Shown piece after piece: positions 53,701-63,415 of a stretch of DNA of 64,000 nucleotides. The stretch comes from an uncultured delta proteobacterium (GTDB lineage Bacteria > Myxococcota > Myxococcia > Myxococcales > Myxococcaceae): assembly GCA_963771175.1 (NCBI GenBank), contig CAVYSY010000026.1, positions 32,001 through 96,000 on the forward strand, given 5' to 3'. The notes under the pieces are model-generated. The model saw only the letters and a program-made list of their open reading frames with translations, was not told the DNA's origin and ran no database searches. The position numbers were made by a program, and so were the translations under genes. Every line of letters starts with the position of its first letter. The first letter of the stretch is position 1.

Positions 53701-54238
53701 CACCAGCAGGTAGTCCGCGCCGCCCTCAGCGCGAGCCCCTCCGCCTGCACGGCGAAGTTGTCGACCAGCTCCTCGAAGGTGATGCCGCCGGTCACGCGAG
53801 ATGGCCTTGGTGGTGGGGCCGATGGAGCCCGCCACCCAGCGCATCCGCCCGTCCTTCGCCTCGGCGGCCGCGGCGGCGTCGCGCGCCAGCTCGGGCGGCC
53901 GACGTTGATCTCGAGCGCCTTGTGCGACAGGCCGAACTCGCCGAGCACCAGCGGCGTGGCGCCGAAGGTGTCCGTCTCCGTCACGTCCGCGCCGGCGCGA
54001 AGTAGTCCGCGTGGATGCTCTCGATGACGTCCGGGCGGGTGAGGACGAGGTGCTCGTTGCAGCCCTCGTACTCGGGCCCGCCGAAGTCCGCCGCCTTGAG
54101 GTTCTGGTTCTGCAGCAGCGTGCCCATGGCGCCGTCCAGCACCAGCACGCGCTCGCGCAGGGCGGCCCGCAGGGCCTCCACGCGGCGGCCGTTCTCACCC
54201 GGGGGAGGAGGAAGAGGTGCGGGAAGGTGGCTGCTCAT
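50710..54238 (-). CDS. metH: Cobalamin-dependent methionine synthase (many frameshifts)
   Basis: [77 protein letters not shown]. Confidence 0.95.
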
Positions 54239-55132
54239 CGCTGTTTGACTCCGGTGAGAAGGAAGACGCGGAAGGGGCTCGCCCCCTCGCGGGCATGCGT
54301 TTCGCGGGTGAGGGAGCCGAAGCCCACCTCCCGCATGGAGCTCTCGAGCGTCTCCGGCTCGAAGCCGAGGTGCCGGTGGCCCAGCCGCTCCAGCACCCAC
54401 CGCTCGTCGTGGGGCATCAACTCCAGCACCACCAGCCTTGCCCCCGGGCTTGAGGATGCGGGCGGCCTCGGCGCAGCACCGCCGGCGGGGACTCCACGTG
54501 GTGGAGGCTCTGGGAGATGACGACCAGGTCGCGCTCGCCCGTCGGCAGCGACAGCCGGTGCAGGTCCTCGCGCAGGAAGGTGATGTTCGCCTGACCCTCG
54601 CGGGCGACGCGCTCGCGGGCCTGCACCAGCGCGGCCTCGCTCTGGTCGATGGCCCACACCCGACGGGCCCAGCGGGCGATGGCCACCGAGAGCACGCCCG
54701 TGCCGCAGCCGAAGTCCGCCACGTCCAGCGGCGGCAGCAGCGAGGCCAGCGCCCCCGCCCAGAGGAACCAGGACTGCCCCGGCTCCAGCAGCCGCTCGTT
54801 GAGGGCCTGCCGGTCCGCGCGCATGCGCAGCAGGTCCTCGAGCCGGGCGAGGTCGCCCCCGTCGTCCGCGCCTCGCGGGCCAGCAGGATGAGCGGCCAGC
54901 GCGCGTCCGTCGGCTCCAGCGCCAGCGAGTAGTAGGTGAAGCCGGCCTGCCGCTCCTCGCGGATGAGCCCCAGCCCCTTGAGCTTCCCCAGGTGGTGCGA
55001 CACCGAGGACTGCGCCACCCCCACCAGCGACACCAGCTCCGACACGTTCAGCGGCGCCCGCGCCACCAGGCGCAGGATTCGCAGTCGCGTCGGGTCACCC
55101 AGGGCCCGGAAGGATTGGGAGAGTTCCTCCAT
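54235..55132 (-). CDS. sahR: ArsR HTH + SAM-binding methyltransferase-like regulator (SahR-like; frameshifted)
   Basis: [20 protein letters not shown]...GLI, then [21 protein letters not shown]; overlaps the metH start. Confidence 0.8.
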
Positions 55133-55140
55133 ATCGTCGA

Positions 55141-55156
55141 ATCAACATATGTCGAT
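55141..55156. promoter_or_regulatory. SahR-like operator
   Basis: ATCAAC-ATAT-GTCGAT near-palindrome (ATCAA-N6-TYGAT) 8 nt upstream of the regulator start. Confidence 0.65.
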
Positions 55157-55236
55157 GCGGATCAGAAAGACCAGGGGAGATGCGAAGGGCGACGCGGCGC
55201 GTTGCCCAGTGGGGAACGGTCGTCTAGAGACTGCGC

Positions 55237-56112
55237 ATGGCCGCTCCCACCCTGAATCAACTCCTCGAAGGCAAACGTTTCGGACTCGTCCTTTCCGCCG
55301 GCTATTTCGGCTTCTATGGACACGCGGGCTTCCTCAAGGGGCTGGCGACCACGGGGCTGAAGCCAGCGGCGTACGCGGGCACGAGCGCGGGCGGGCTGGT
55401 CGCCGCCTATGCCGCCGCGGGAGCGAGCGTGCAGGCCATCGAGGAGCTGGTCCTCCAGCAGACGCGGAACAACTTCTGGGACCCGGACCCCATCGGGGCG
55501 GTGCTCAACGCCTTCCCGAGCGATGGCCACGGCGCCACCGGCCTGCTCAAGGGCGAGCGCTTCCGCAAGCTGCTGGAGCGGACGCTGCCGGTGCACAGCT
55601 TCGAGGAGCTGCCCCATCCGCTGCTGCTCGCGTCGGCCAACCTCACCCAGGGCACGCACGAGGTGTTCACCTCGGGCGAGCTGGCGCCGCGGGTGCACGC
55701 CACGTGCGCCTACCCGGGCCTGTTCCGCGCGGTGCGCCTGGGACGAGACCTGTACTGGGACGGCGGGCTGGTGGACAAGGCGCCCGCCCTGTCGATGAGG
55801 GAGAGCGCGTTCGGCAAGGACCTGGACGCCATCCTCGTGCACTACCTGCCGAGCCGCACGCGCAAGATGCTGGGTGGACCCATGGCGTACGCGCAGGGCA
55901 TCGCCGCGGGCTCGGCGGCGCTGCGGCACGACCACTTCCGGCTGCAACTGTCGCTGCTGAAGGAGCGCGGCTTCCCCGTCTACGTGGTGGTGTCCAACCT
56001 GCCGCCGGTGTCGCCCTCGCAGCTGGAGCGCGGCTTCGATGCGCTCCACCAGGCGAAGCTGAGCACCGAGCGCGCCCTGGCGCGCCCTCCGGTGCCCTTC
56101 GAGGAGGCGTGA
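55237..56112 (+). CDS. Patatin-like phospholipase
   Basis: LVLSAGYFGFYGHAG, GTSAG, WDGG. Confidence 0.88.
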   Translation: MAAPTLNQLLEGKRFGLVLSAGYFGFYGHAGFLKGLATTGLKPAAYAGTSAGGLVAAYAAAGASVQAIEELVLQQTRNNFWDPDPIGAVLNAFPSDGHGATGLLKGERFRKLLERTLPVHSFEELPHPLLLASANLTQGTHEVFTSGELAPRVHATCAYPGLFRAVRLGRDLYWDGGLVDKAPALSMRESAFGKDLDAILVHYLPSRTRKMLGGPMAYAQGIAAGSAALRHDHFRLQLSLLKERGFPVYVVVSNLPPVSPSQLERGFDALHQAKLSTERALARPPVPFEEA

Positions 56113-56132
56113 AGAGCTGGATGTTGCAGAAT

Positions 56133-56148
56133 TAGGTCAATCGACCTA
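56133..56148. promoter_or_regulatory. Putative TetR operator
   Basis: Perfect TAGGTC-AATC-GACCTA just upstream of the two-gene unit containing the TetR gene. Confidence 0.65.
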
Positions 56149-56158
56149 TTTTCCTGGC

Positions 56159-57283
56159 ATGCGAACCCAGGAACAGGAAATCCTCGTGCCGGACACACTC
56201 CGGTGCGCCCCCGAAGGCGCCGTGGTGCTCGTGGGAGGATATGGAGTCGTTGGCGGCGAGGTGGCCCGGATGCTCCGGGCCCGTCACCCCTCGCTGCCAC
56301 TGGTGCTGGCGGGACGGACGCCCTCTCGGGGCGAAGCCCTGGCCAAGGAGGTCGGGGCGACGCTCCTCGCGCTGGACCTCGCGGGTCCGGCGCCACTCGA
56401 CTTCTCCGCACGAGCCGTCGTCTCCCTGGTGAATGATCCCTCGGACCGGCTGCTGCGCGCCTGCATCCGCGCCGGCATCCCCTACGTGGACATCACCCGC
56501 TGGACGGCGCGCGTCCAACAGGCGTTGGCCCTGGTCGCGGTGGAGCCTCCGCGAGCCCCCGTCGTCCTGTCCTCCGGATGGATGGGAGGCGTCGTCCCGC
56601 TGGTGGGCGCGGCGCTGGCCAGCGAGTTGGGGGGCGCGACCTCCATCGACACGTCCATCCTCTACGACCTGGCCGACCGTGCGGGCGAGGACTCCATCGA
56701 GTTCATGGACCGCATGAACTTTGCCTTCGAGGTGACGGAGGACGGACGGCGCCAGGTGGTGGAGCCGCTCACGGAAGCGCGCCACGTCCGGCTCGGGGGC
56801 CAGAACCGCCGGGTGGTCCGACTCGACACGCCCGAGCAGCTCACGCTGCCCCTGGTGCTCGGCGCCCGGACGGTCTCCACACGCATCGGATTCAGCGACG
56901 GTTCGGCCACGCTCGCGCTCCAGGCCCTCCAGGGGTTGGGAGTCTTCCACCTGCTCCGGGGGGAGCGCTTCCGGGGCCTGCGCCGAGCCCTGTTGCGCAG
57001 CTCGGGCCGGGGCGGGAGGGCCGTGCTCCACATCGAGGTCTCCCGGGGTGGCGAGTCGCGCTCGGCCGAGCTGGTGGATGCTCGGGGACAGGCCCACCTG
57101 ACCGCTGCGGGAGCCACGCTGGCGTTGGAGCGCGCACTGGGACTGGATGGGGACGCGCCGCCCCGAGGCATCGCCTTCCCGGAGCAGAGCACGTCCCCCG
57201 GACGCGCGGTCGAGGCGCTGCGCTCGCTGGGCGTGGAGATCGAGCTACGCTCCGGCGCGAACACGGAGAAACGGGCGGCATGA
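56159..57283 (+). CDS. Saccharopine dehydrogenase-like NAD(P)-binding oxidoreductase
   Basis: VGGYGVVG, LAGRT, ACIRAGIPYVDIT, SSGWMGG, GQAHLTA. Confidence 0.78.
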   Translation: MRTQEQEILVPDTLRCAPEGAVVLVGGYGVVGGEVARMLRARHPSLPLVLAGRTPSRGEALAKEVGATLLALDLAGPAPLDFSARAVVSLVNDPSDRLLRACIRAGIPYVDITRWTARVQQALALVAVEPPRAPVVLSSGWMGGVVPLVGAALASELGGATSIDTSILYDLADRAGEDSIEFMDRMNFAFEVTEDGRRQVVEPLTEARHVRLGGQNRRVVRLDTPEQLTLPLVLGARTVSTRIGFSDGSATLALQALQGLGVFHLLRGERFRGLRRALLRSSGRGGRAVLHIEVSRGGESRSAELVDARGQAHLTAAGATLALERALGLDGDAPPRGIAFPEQSTSPGRAVEALRSLGVEIELRSGANTEKRAA

Positions 57284-57891
57284 GCACGCGAGGCACCTCA
57301 CGAAAGGGACAGGAGCGAAGCGAGGCCATCCTCGACGAGGCGGAGCGGCTGCTCGTGGACGAGGGACATGCGGCCCTCACCCTGCGTGGGGTGGCCCAGC
57401 GCGCCGGCATCCGGCTGGGCAACCTCCAGTATTACTTCGCCACCCGCGAGGAGCTGGTGCGGGCCCTGCTCGCACGCGTCCTGGAGCGGGCGACAGCACG
57501 GCTCGAGGAGCGGATGGGCACCGCGGGACATCCGGCCAAGGCGCTCGACGCGGCGCTGGATTCACTGTTGGAGGAGCAGAGGGAGCCCACCAGCTACCGG
57601 CTCTATTACGACCTGTGGGCGTTGGCGGCACGAGAGCCCGCCATCGCCGCGGAGCTCCGGACCTTCTACGTCTGTTACATCGATGCGGTGGCGGAGCTGC
57701 TGAGCCGGGTGGCCCCGGAACTGCCCCGCGCCGAGGCTCGCTCGCGAGCGGAGCTGCTGGTGGCCCTGTTGGAGGGACTCTCGCTCTTCCGCTCCGGGAC
57801 GCTCGGCGAGCCCGACCCGAAGGTGGAGGCCGAGCTGCGGCGCATGACCTCCTGGCTCACCTCCACGCCCCAACGCACTCAGCGCCCGTAG
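57280..57891 (+). CDS. TetR/AcrR-family regulator
   Basis: ILDEAERLL..EG...LTLRGVAQRAGIRLGNLQYYFATREEL. Confidence 0.92.
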   Translation: MSTRGTSRKGQERSEAILDEAERLLVDEGHAALTLRGVAQRAGIRLGNLQYYFATREELVRALLARVLERATARLEERMGTAGHPAKALDAALDSLLEEQREPTSYRLYYDLWALAAREPAIAAELRTFYVCYIDAVAELLSRVAPELPRAEARSRAELLVALLEGLSLFRSGTLGEPDPKVEAELRRMTSWLTSTPQRTQRP

Positions 57892-58320
57892 CGCCGGTGG
57901 TCCACCATCAGGCAGCGGTCCTGCACGACCTTGATGCCCGCCTCGGCCAGCCGCCGGGCCGCCACGTCGTTGCGGATGCCCGACTGGAACCACACCGCCT
58001 TGGGCTTCTTGGCGAGGATGTCGTCCACGTGCTGGTCGATGTCCTGCGGTCGCCGGAACACGTCCACCAGGTCCAGGTCGCCCGGAATGTCCACCAGCCT
58101 CCGGAACACCGGCCTCCCGAGGATGTGCGTCACGTCCGGGTAGTAGACGGGCACCGGCACCACGTCCACGCCCGCCTGCGCCAGGTACTGCGGCACGTAG
58201 AAGGCCGGCTGGCCCTCCTGCTGCTCCGTCTTGATGCCCAGCACCGCCACGCGCTTGCTCGCCTGCACCACCGCGCGGATGCCCGCCTCGTCCTCGATGA
58301 GGTTCTGCTCGTGAGCTCAT
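57879..58320 (-). CDS. CoA-binding protein (YccU-like; 1-nt frameshift just after the start)
   Basis: VAVLG, PAFYVPQYL, DLVDVFRR, AVWFQSGI, VQDRCLMVDH. Confidence 0.87.
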
Positions 58321-59222
58321 CGCTGCTCCTCCTCGGGCGCCTGCAGCGACTCCAGTGCCGACTGCGTTGCCCACGTCCAGGTCTCGCCATCCAACGTCGC
58401 CCGCAGAGTGAGCCCGCGCCGCACCGGCAGGAAGCGCCCCTTCCCGAGCAACTGTTCTCCCTCGCACTGAACTCCCGGCGTCAGTTCGGGATACCCCAGC
58501 TGCCACAGGGACTGGCGCACCTCCGCGGGCAACCGCTCCACGGGCTCGTCCAGGCAGCGCAGCGTGAGCACCACCGCCTCGCCGTACTCGGTGAGCAGCG
58601 TCCCCGTGAAGGTGCGCTCCAGCAGGTACGTCACCTCGCGTCCGCCCAGCGGCACCGTGCCCACCACGTAGGTCCGTCCCCCCGGCTCCAGGGCCTGCCC
58701 GTAGAGGTTCCCGTACTTCACCTCCCACTCGTCGCGAGTGCGCGCATCCAGCACCTCCGGGGCGAAGAAGCGCTCCAGCGACGAGGCGTCCAGGTCCGAC
58801 GGAGTCACCTCCTTCAGCGCCGTCAGCGCGGCGCCCGGCTCCACCACCTGGATGTAGGTGCCATCCGCCGCGAGCCGCACGCGCAGGGGGAAGCGAGTGA
58901 GGACATCCTCTACCAGCGTCTCCACCGGAGTCCCGTCCAGCGAGTAGTGCGCCCGAATCACACGCTGGGTGAGGAGCCAACCCGCCGGATCCGGAGAGAA
59001 GCGCGTGACGGTGGCCATCTCCGCCTCCTGAACGCCCGGCGCGCCACTCCGGCGCACGGAGCTCTTCACCGTCTCGGAGAGGACCGAGTCGCCGGGAGGA
59101 AGGAACTCGAGCCGCAGGGGTGGCGGGGTTCCCAAAGCGGGCACCAGGGAGGGGATGTTGCGGCTGCACGCGGCGGCCGAGACCGCGAGGAGCAGCAGGG
59201 AGCACAGGCGGTGGATACGCAT
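58317..59222 (-). CDS. Hypothetical lipoprotein
   Basis: MRIHRLCSLLLLAVSAAAC lipobox; 4-nt overlap with the downstream gene. Confidence 0.7.
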   Translation of the reverse strand: MRIHRLCSLLLLAVSAAACSRNIPSLVPALGTPPPLRLEFLPPGDSVLSETVKSSVRRSGAPGVQEAEMATVTRFSPDPAGWLLTQRVIRAHYSLDGTPVETLVEDVLTRFPLRVRLAADGTYIQVVEPGAALTALKEVTPSDLDASSLERFFAPEVLDARTRDEWEVKYGNLYGQALEPGGRTYVVGTVPLGGREVTYLLERTFTGTLLTEYGEAVVLTLRCLDEPVERLPAEVRQSLWQLGYPELTPGVQCEGEQLLGKGRFLPVRRGLTLRATLDGETWTWATQSALESLQAPEEEQR

Positions 59223-59305
59223 GACGTGCGCGAACGCTGGCAGAAAGCGCCGGGACTCGCGAGCGCTTCGACACGGCGAGAGCAACCACGCCCCGGTCAC
59301 GCACC

Positions 59306-60187
59306 TCATTGGTCGAAGTCGAACGTGCACAACCCGGGGTTGTCCTTCCATACTCCCGAGCACTTCTCCAGGGGCCCGCAGGTGCCCGGCGCATCCGAGT
59401 TGCAGCTCTGGATGCAGCGACCGCGCAGGCAAGAGGAGCCCTCGGGACACGGCCGCGCTTGGGCGTCGCATTCAAGCAGGCATCTCATTCCCACGACATT
59501 TCGTGATTTCTTCACCGCGACTTCGCATATCTGACCCGTCGGACAGGGAGTGAGCTGGCAATCCGTTCCTTTCACCAGCGCGCAAATCGATATTCCGTGC
59601 TCCAGTGCGACACATCGTTGTCCCTCGGGGCACGAGCGCCCCTCGCAGGTGGGTAGACACACGGGTCCCTTCACATCCGCGGCACTACAAAAATAGCCCT
59701 CGGGACAACTCCGGGGCGCTTGGGGTTGGCAGGGACGGCGGCATCTCTGATGCGTACACATCAAATCTGGCGCGCACGCCATGCCGCGCGAATAGGGCAG
59801 TTCCATGCATAACTCCCCTTCCGCCAGCTCACCTGGAGCACCACACAGGCGCAACACGCGCTCTCCCGCCGCGATGGAATGGCAGGAGAGGCCTCGGCTA
59901 CAGTCCGCATCCGTCGCACAGGTGCTCGCCAGACAGGCGTGATCCAACATGAGCTGGTCACGAAGGCAGGCGAGCGGGGCATCGCAGTCCTCATTCCTTT
60001 CGCAGGGCCTCTCGAAGGTGAGCAGTCGCCTCGTCTCGTCGGGAGGGAGTATCGGGACGAACTTGCTTCCATCCTCGCGCGCGATGGGCGCCTTCCATCC
60101 GCCCCAGAGCAGCCTGCTCGAAGCCCAGATCAAGGGAACCGGCAGCAAAACCCCCAACAGAATGGCGAGCCCTGCACGCCATTTCAT
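59306..60187 (-). CDS. Cys-rich membrane-anchored/exported protein (32 Cys, 8 four-Cys modules), copy 1
   Basis: MKWRAGLAILLGVLLPVPLIW N-terminal hydrophobic segment, then repeated C..C-PEG..C..C modules. Confidence 0.8.
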   Translation of the reverse strand: MKWRAGLAILLGVLLPVPLIWASSRLLWGGWKAPIAREDGSKFVPILPPDETRRLLTFERPCERNEDCDAPLACLRDQLMLDHACLASTCATDADCSRGLSCHSIAAGERVLRLCGAPGELAEGELCMELPYSRGMACAPDLMCTHQRCRRPCQPQAPRSCPEGYFCSAADVKGPVCLPTCEGRSCPEGQRCVALEHGISICALVKGTDCQLTPCPTGQICEVAVKKSRNVVGMRCLLECDAQARPCPEGSSCLRGRCIQSCNSDAPGTCGPLEKCSGVWKDNPGLCTFDFDQ

Positions 60188-60415
60188 TGCCGGTCCCTTT
60201 CCTTCATCCCCTTGATGCATCTTTCCATGCACTCATCGAAGTCGTCGGGCCCACACAAGGCATCAACGGCCGCAGACTGGCAGCGTCCACGGATCAGCTT
60301 ATCCATTCTCGTCCCTGAACAAGGCTTGATGGAGCACCCCCGCGCCCCCGCCCACGGGGCACCCCGTCTCGAGCGCCACCACCAGCATCCATGCGGCTGC
60401 GTTCACGCGGTTCAT
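60184..60415 (-). CDS. Small putative lipoprotein (~76 aa; one frameshift near 60306)
   Basis: Manual translation MNRVNAAAWMLVVALETG-CPVGGGAGVLHQALFRDE/MDKLIRGRCQSAAVDALCGPDDFDECMERCIKGMKERDRQ*; stop overlaps the next start (ATGA). Confidence 0.6.
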
Positions 60416-60612
60416 CAACCCGTCCCTCCAGACGCCTTGGAGGTATGAGCCTACATGCTGGAACCGGGCTGAATCCACGGTGCCGTGGAAGAAGCGGAGA
60501 CCACGCCGCATCTCCGGAGTCACCTCCTCCGAAATGACTACACGAGTAGGTTTCTCCTTGCCCCCACGAATGGGCATCCCCTAACCTGCGCGCCTGCCCC
60601 GAAAGTCCCCGC

Positions 60613-61450
60613 GTGCGCCCAGGTTCCTGGCTTCTCTTCCTGTCCCTCCTGCTCTCCGCTCCGGCCGCCGCGCAGGTCCGGTTGGATTCTCCCTGGCTCC
60701 GGCGGCGCCTGCTGGTGGCCCCTGTCAGGCCCGATCAGGTACCGCCCCTGGAGCTGCGGGTGGCGGGCCGGCGTGGCCGCGCTCGTCATGCTCGAAGCGC
60801 CTCTGAGTCTCGGGGCCGTGAGGCTTCCCGTGGACGAGAAGCGCATCCAGCTCGTTCCGATGAGCGACGGCTCGCTGATCATCGTCCCCACCACGGACCT
60901 GGCCGAGGGTGAGCAGGTCCCCCTCACCGTGGAGGCCGGACCCGGTGCCGAGCCCCTCCGCTTCGTGCTCGTCACCGGGCGCGACGCGGTGGACCTCCAG
61001 GTTCGCGTGGTGAAAGGCGAGCCCTCCGCCGACGAGGCCGCCCTGGAGCCCCTGGCCCGGAGCCTCCTCGCCGCGCCAGATAGCCGCGCCACGCTCGCCC
61101 TTCCCCAGGAGACGGTGGACCTCCAGCCACGAGCCTCGCGGGGAGAGGTCGAGGCCCTGCTCTGGATGGAGCGGCGCTTCTTCGCCACCGTGGCCGTGCG
61201 CAGCCGCAGGAAGGGGGCGCCCCCGTGGAGTCTGGTGCAGGCGCGCCTGCGGGCGACACTCGCGGACGGCGTCCTCCTGGAATGGCCCGCGCACCTGGTC
61301 TCGGGAGCGGCGGGGTCGATACGCCAGCGCCACATCCTGACGGGTGTCCTCCCGGAAGGCGCCTCGCGGCTGGAGCTGGCGCTGGACGGAAAGGACTCGC
61401 CCGGGGCCTTCCAACCGCTCCCCCTCGAAGAAGCGCGGGTGCGCCCATGA
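60613..61450 (+). CDS. DUF2381-like myxobacterial exported protein (frameshift near 60765)
   Basis: Signal peptide MRPGSWLLFLSLLLSAPAAA-Q, ELRVA.GVA.LV, LAEGEQVPLTV...FVLV....VDLQVRV, PPWSL..ARL; coupled to a kinase. Confidence 0.68.
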
Positions 61451-63331
61451 GCCCGCCACTGCATCCCAACCAGACTTCGCGCGGGGCACTGGATACGGGA
61501 CTTCCTCGTCGTGCGCCGGTTGGGCGTCGGGGGTTTCGCCTTCGTCTTCCTGGTGGAGCGCGAGGGCCGCCGCCATTCGCTGAAGATGGCGGCCCGATCC
61601 GCCTCGGAAAAGGACGAGGACCGGGTGGATGACTGGATACGCCGCGAGGCGGCCTCGCTGGAGCACCTGGAGCATCCCCACCTGCTGCCGGTACTCGAGT
61701 GGGGCCGTTGGCCCGACCCGGAGAAGGGCTACGCCTACTTCGTCACTCCCCATGTCGCCGGGAGCACCTTCCACGTCTGGCGCTGGCGCGAGCGTGTCAC
61801 ACTGCATCGGGCCGTGGGCGTGCTGTGCGAGTTCTTGAAGACGCTCGAGGTGCTGCACGAGCGCGGCATCTGCCACCGGGACATCAAGGCGGAGAACCTG
61901 CTGGTGCGCGAGGGAGATGACACTCCCTTCCTCATCGACTTCGGCGCGGTGCACCTGCCCTGGGCGCGCGTGCTGACGGAGGGACTGGCCCCGGGGACGC
62001 TCCATTGCCAGCCGCCCGAGGCCGTCTTCTTCCTGGCGTCCCTGCTGTCGGGCACGCCTCCCCGGGACGCGCGGCTGGAGGCCCGCCCCTCCGCGGACCT
62101 GTATGCCGTGGGCGTGCTGCTGTACGAGCTCCTCACCAACTGCCGTCCCTTCAGCACCCGGGTGCCACTGGAGCAGGTGCTGGCGGCCATCGCCTCCACG
62201 CCGCCCCTGGAGCCGGGGCGGCTCGCGCCCGATGCACCCGAGTCACTGTGCGGGCTGGCCCTGCGGCTGCTGGCGAAGGAGCCCGCGCAGCGCCCTCCGA
62301 GTGCCCGCGCCGTGCGCGAGGAGCTGGAGCGGCTGCTCGAAGAAGAGGGGCGCACAGCACCCTGGCGGGCTCCGGCGAAGCGTCCCTCCGAGTGCGCGCG
62401 GGTGCGGGAGCTGTTCCCGGACGTGGACATGCTGGAGGAGCCTCGGGAGGAACCCTCGGAGCCGGAGCCCTCCGCTCCTCGGGAAGCCCTTCCGCCGGCG
62501 CGCGTCGGGTGGGCGGGAAGGCGGCTGTGGCGCTTCGTCGCGCTGGCCCTCGGGCTGGGGGTGCTCGGGATAGGGTGGACGCTCCTCCGCGCGCAACAGG
62601 CTCCTCCTCGGGAGGACGGCTGGCGCGCGGAGCCCACCGCGCCGGCCGCTCCGGCGCATTCCGAGAAAGGAACACAGCCCGTGCCTACCTCTTCCCACTC
62701 CGAACCCCCCGTGACAACTCCCCCCCGCTCCCCGGAGGGCTCGCGCGTGTGCGCGCTGCTCACCAGCCTGCTGGGAGCGGCCACCGCGCAGTTCCTCGGG
62801 TGTGCCACCACTCCCACGCGGCCCGACCCCATCGGCTACCTCGCGCGCTGCTCCCCCGAGGCCCGCGCCACCCCCGTCAAGCTGGGCATCAAGCCCGACG
62901 AGCAGGGCTCCTTCCTGGAGACGGGCACCGCGGTATCGGATGAATCCATCGAGGAGGGAGGCGCCCTCAACCTCAAGCCGGGCCCCGTCACCGCGTCCAT
63001 GCTGGTGGAGTTGAAGGGCAAGGAGCAGTACGTGAAGATCACCGGCGAGGCGGTGACGACCCCCAACCGCGTCTACATCCAGCTCGACCGGCTGTACCTG
63101 CCGGACGGCACGTCGCATCCCATCTGCGGTGTGGCGCTGGATGGCAAGCACCAGTACGGAATCCCCACGTACGCGAGGCTGCCCATGCATGGCGCCAAGG
63201 TGGACCCGGCCCGAGTGGACAAGAGCCCCGGCAGCGTGGTGCTCAACGACCCGCGCTTCGAGACGGTGTTGCAGGGGCCGGAGGGCTACTACATGCCTCG
63301 CGTCGACCTGGCCCCGCCGGACCGGCGCTGA
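61447..63331 (+). CDS. Hanks-type Ser/Thr protein kinase with TM and extracytoplasmic C-terminal domain (frameshift near 61473)
   Basis: LGVGGFAFVF, SLKMA, HRDIKAEN, IDFG, GT..CQPPE, DLYAVGV, LLAKEP.QRP; TM FVALALGLGVLGIGWTLL. Confidence 0.92.
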
Positions 63332-63415
63332 GTCCTTCCGCTCGGGCCCTTCGGGACCGCGGCGCTCCCTGCGCCGCGTGTCTCCGGGAGGAAGACCGGG
63401 CGCGGTGCATGCGTC

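Noticed and set aside
2017..54900. Calling czcA, czcB, pilT, rpsI, rplM, the helicase, rlmI and metH pseudogenes
   Set aside because: Indels hit essential ribosomal genes, cluster regionally and come without nonsense decay; sequencing error is more parsimonious.
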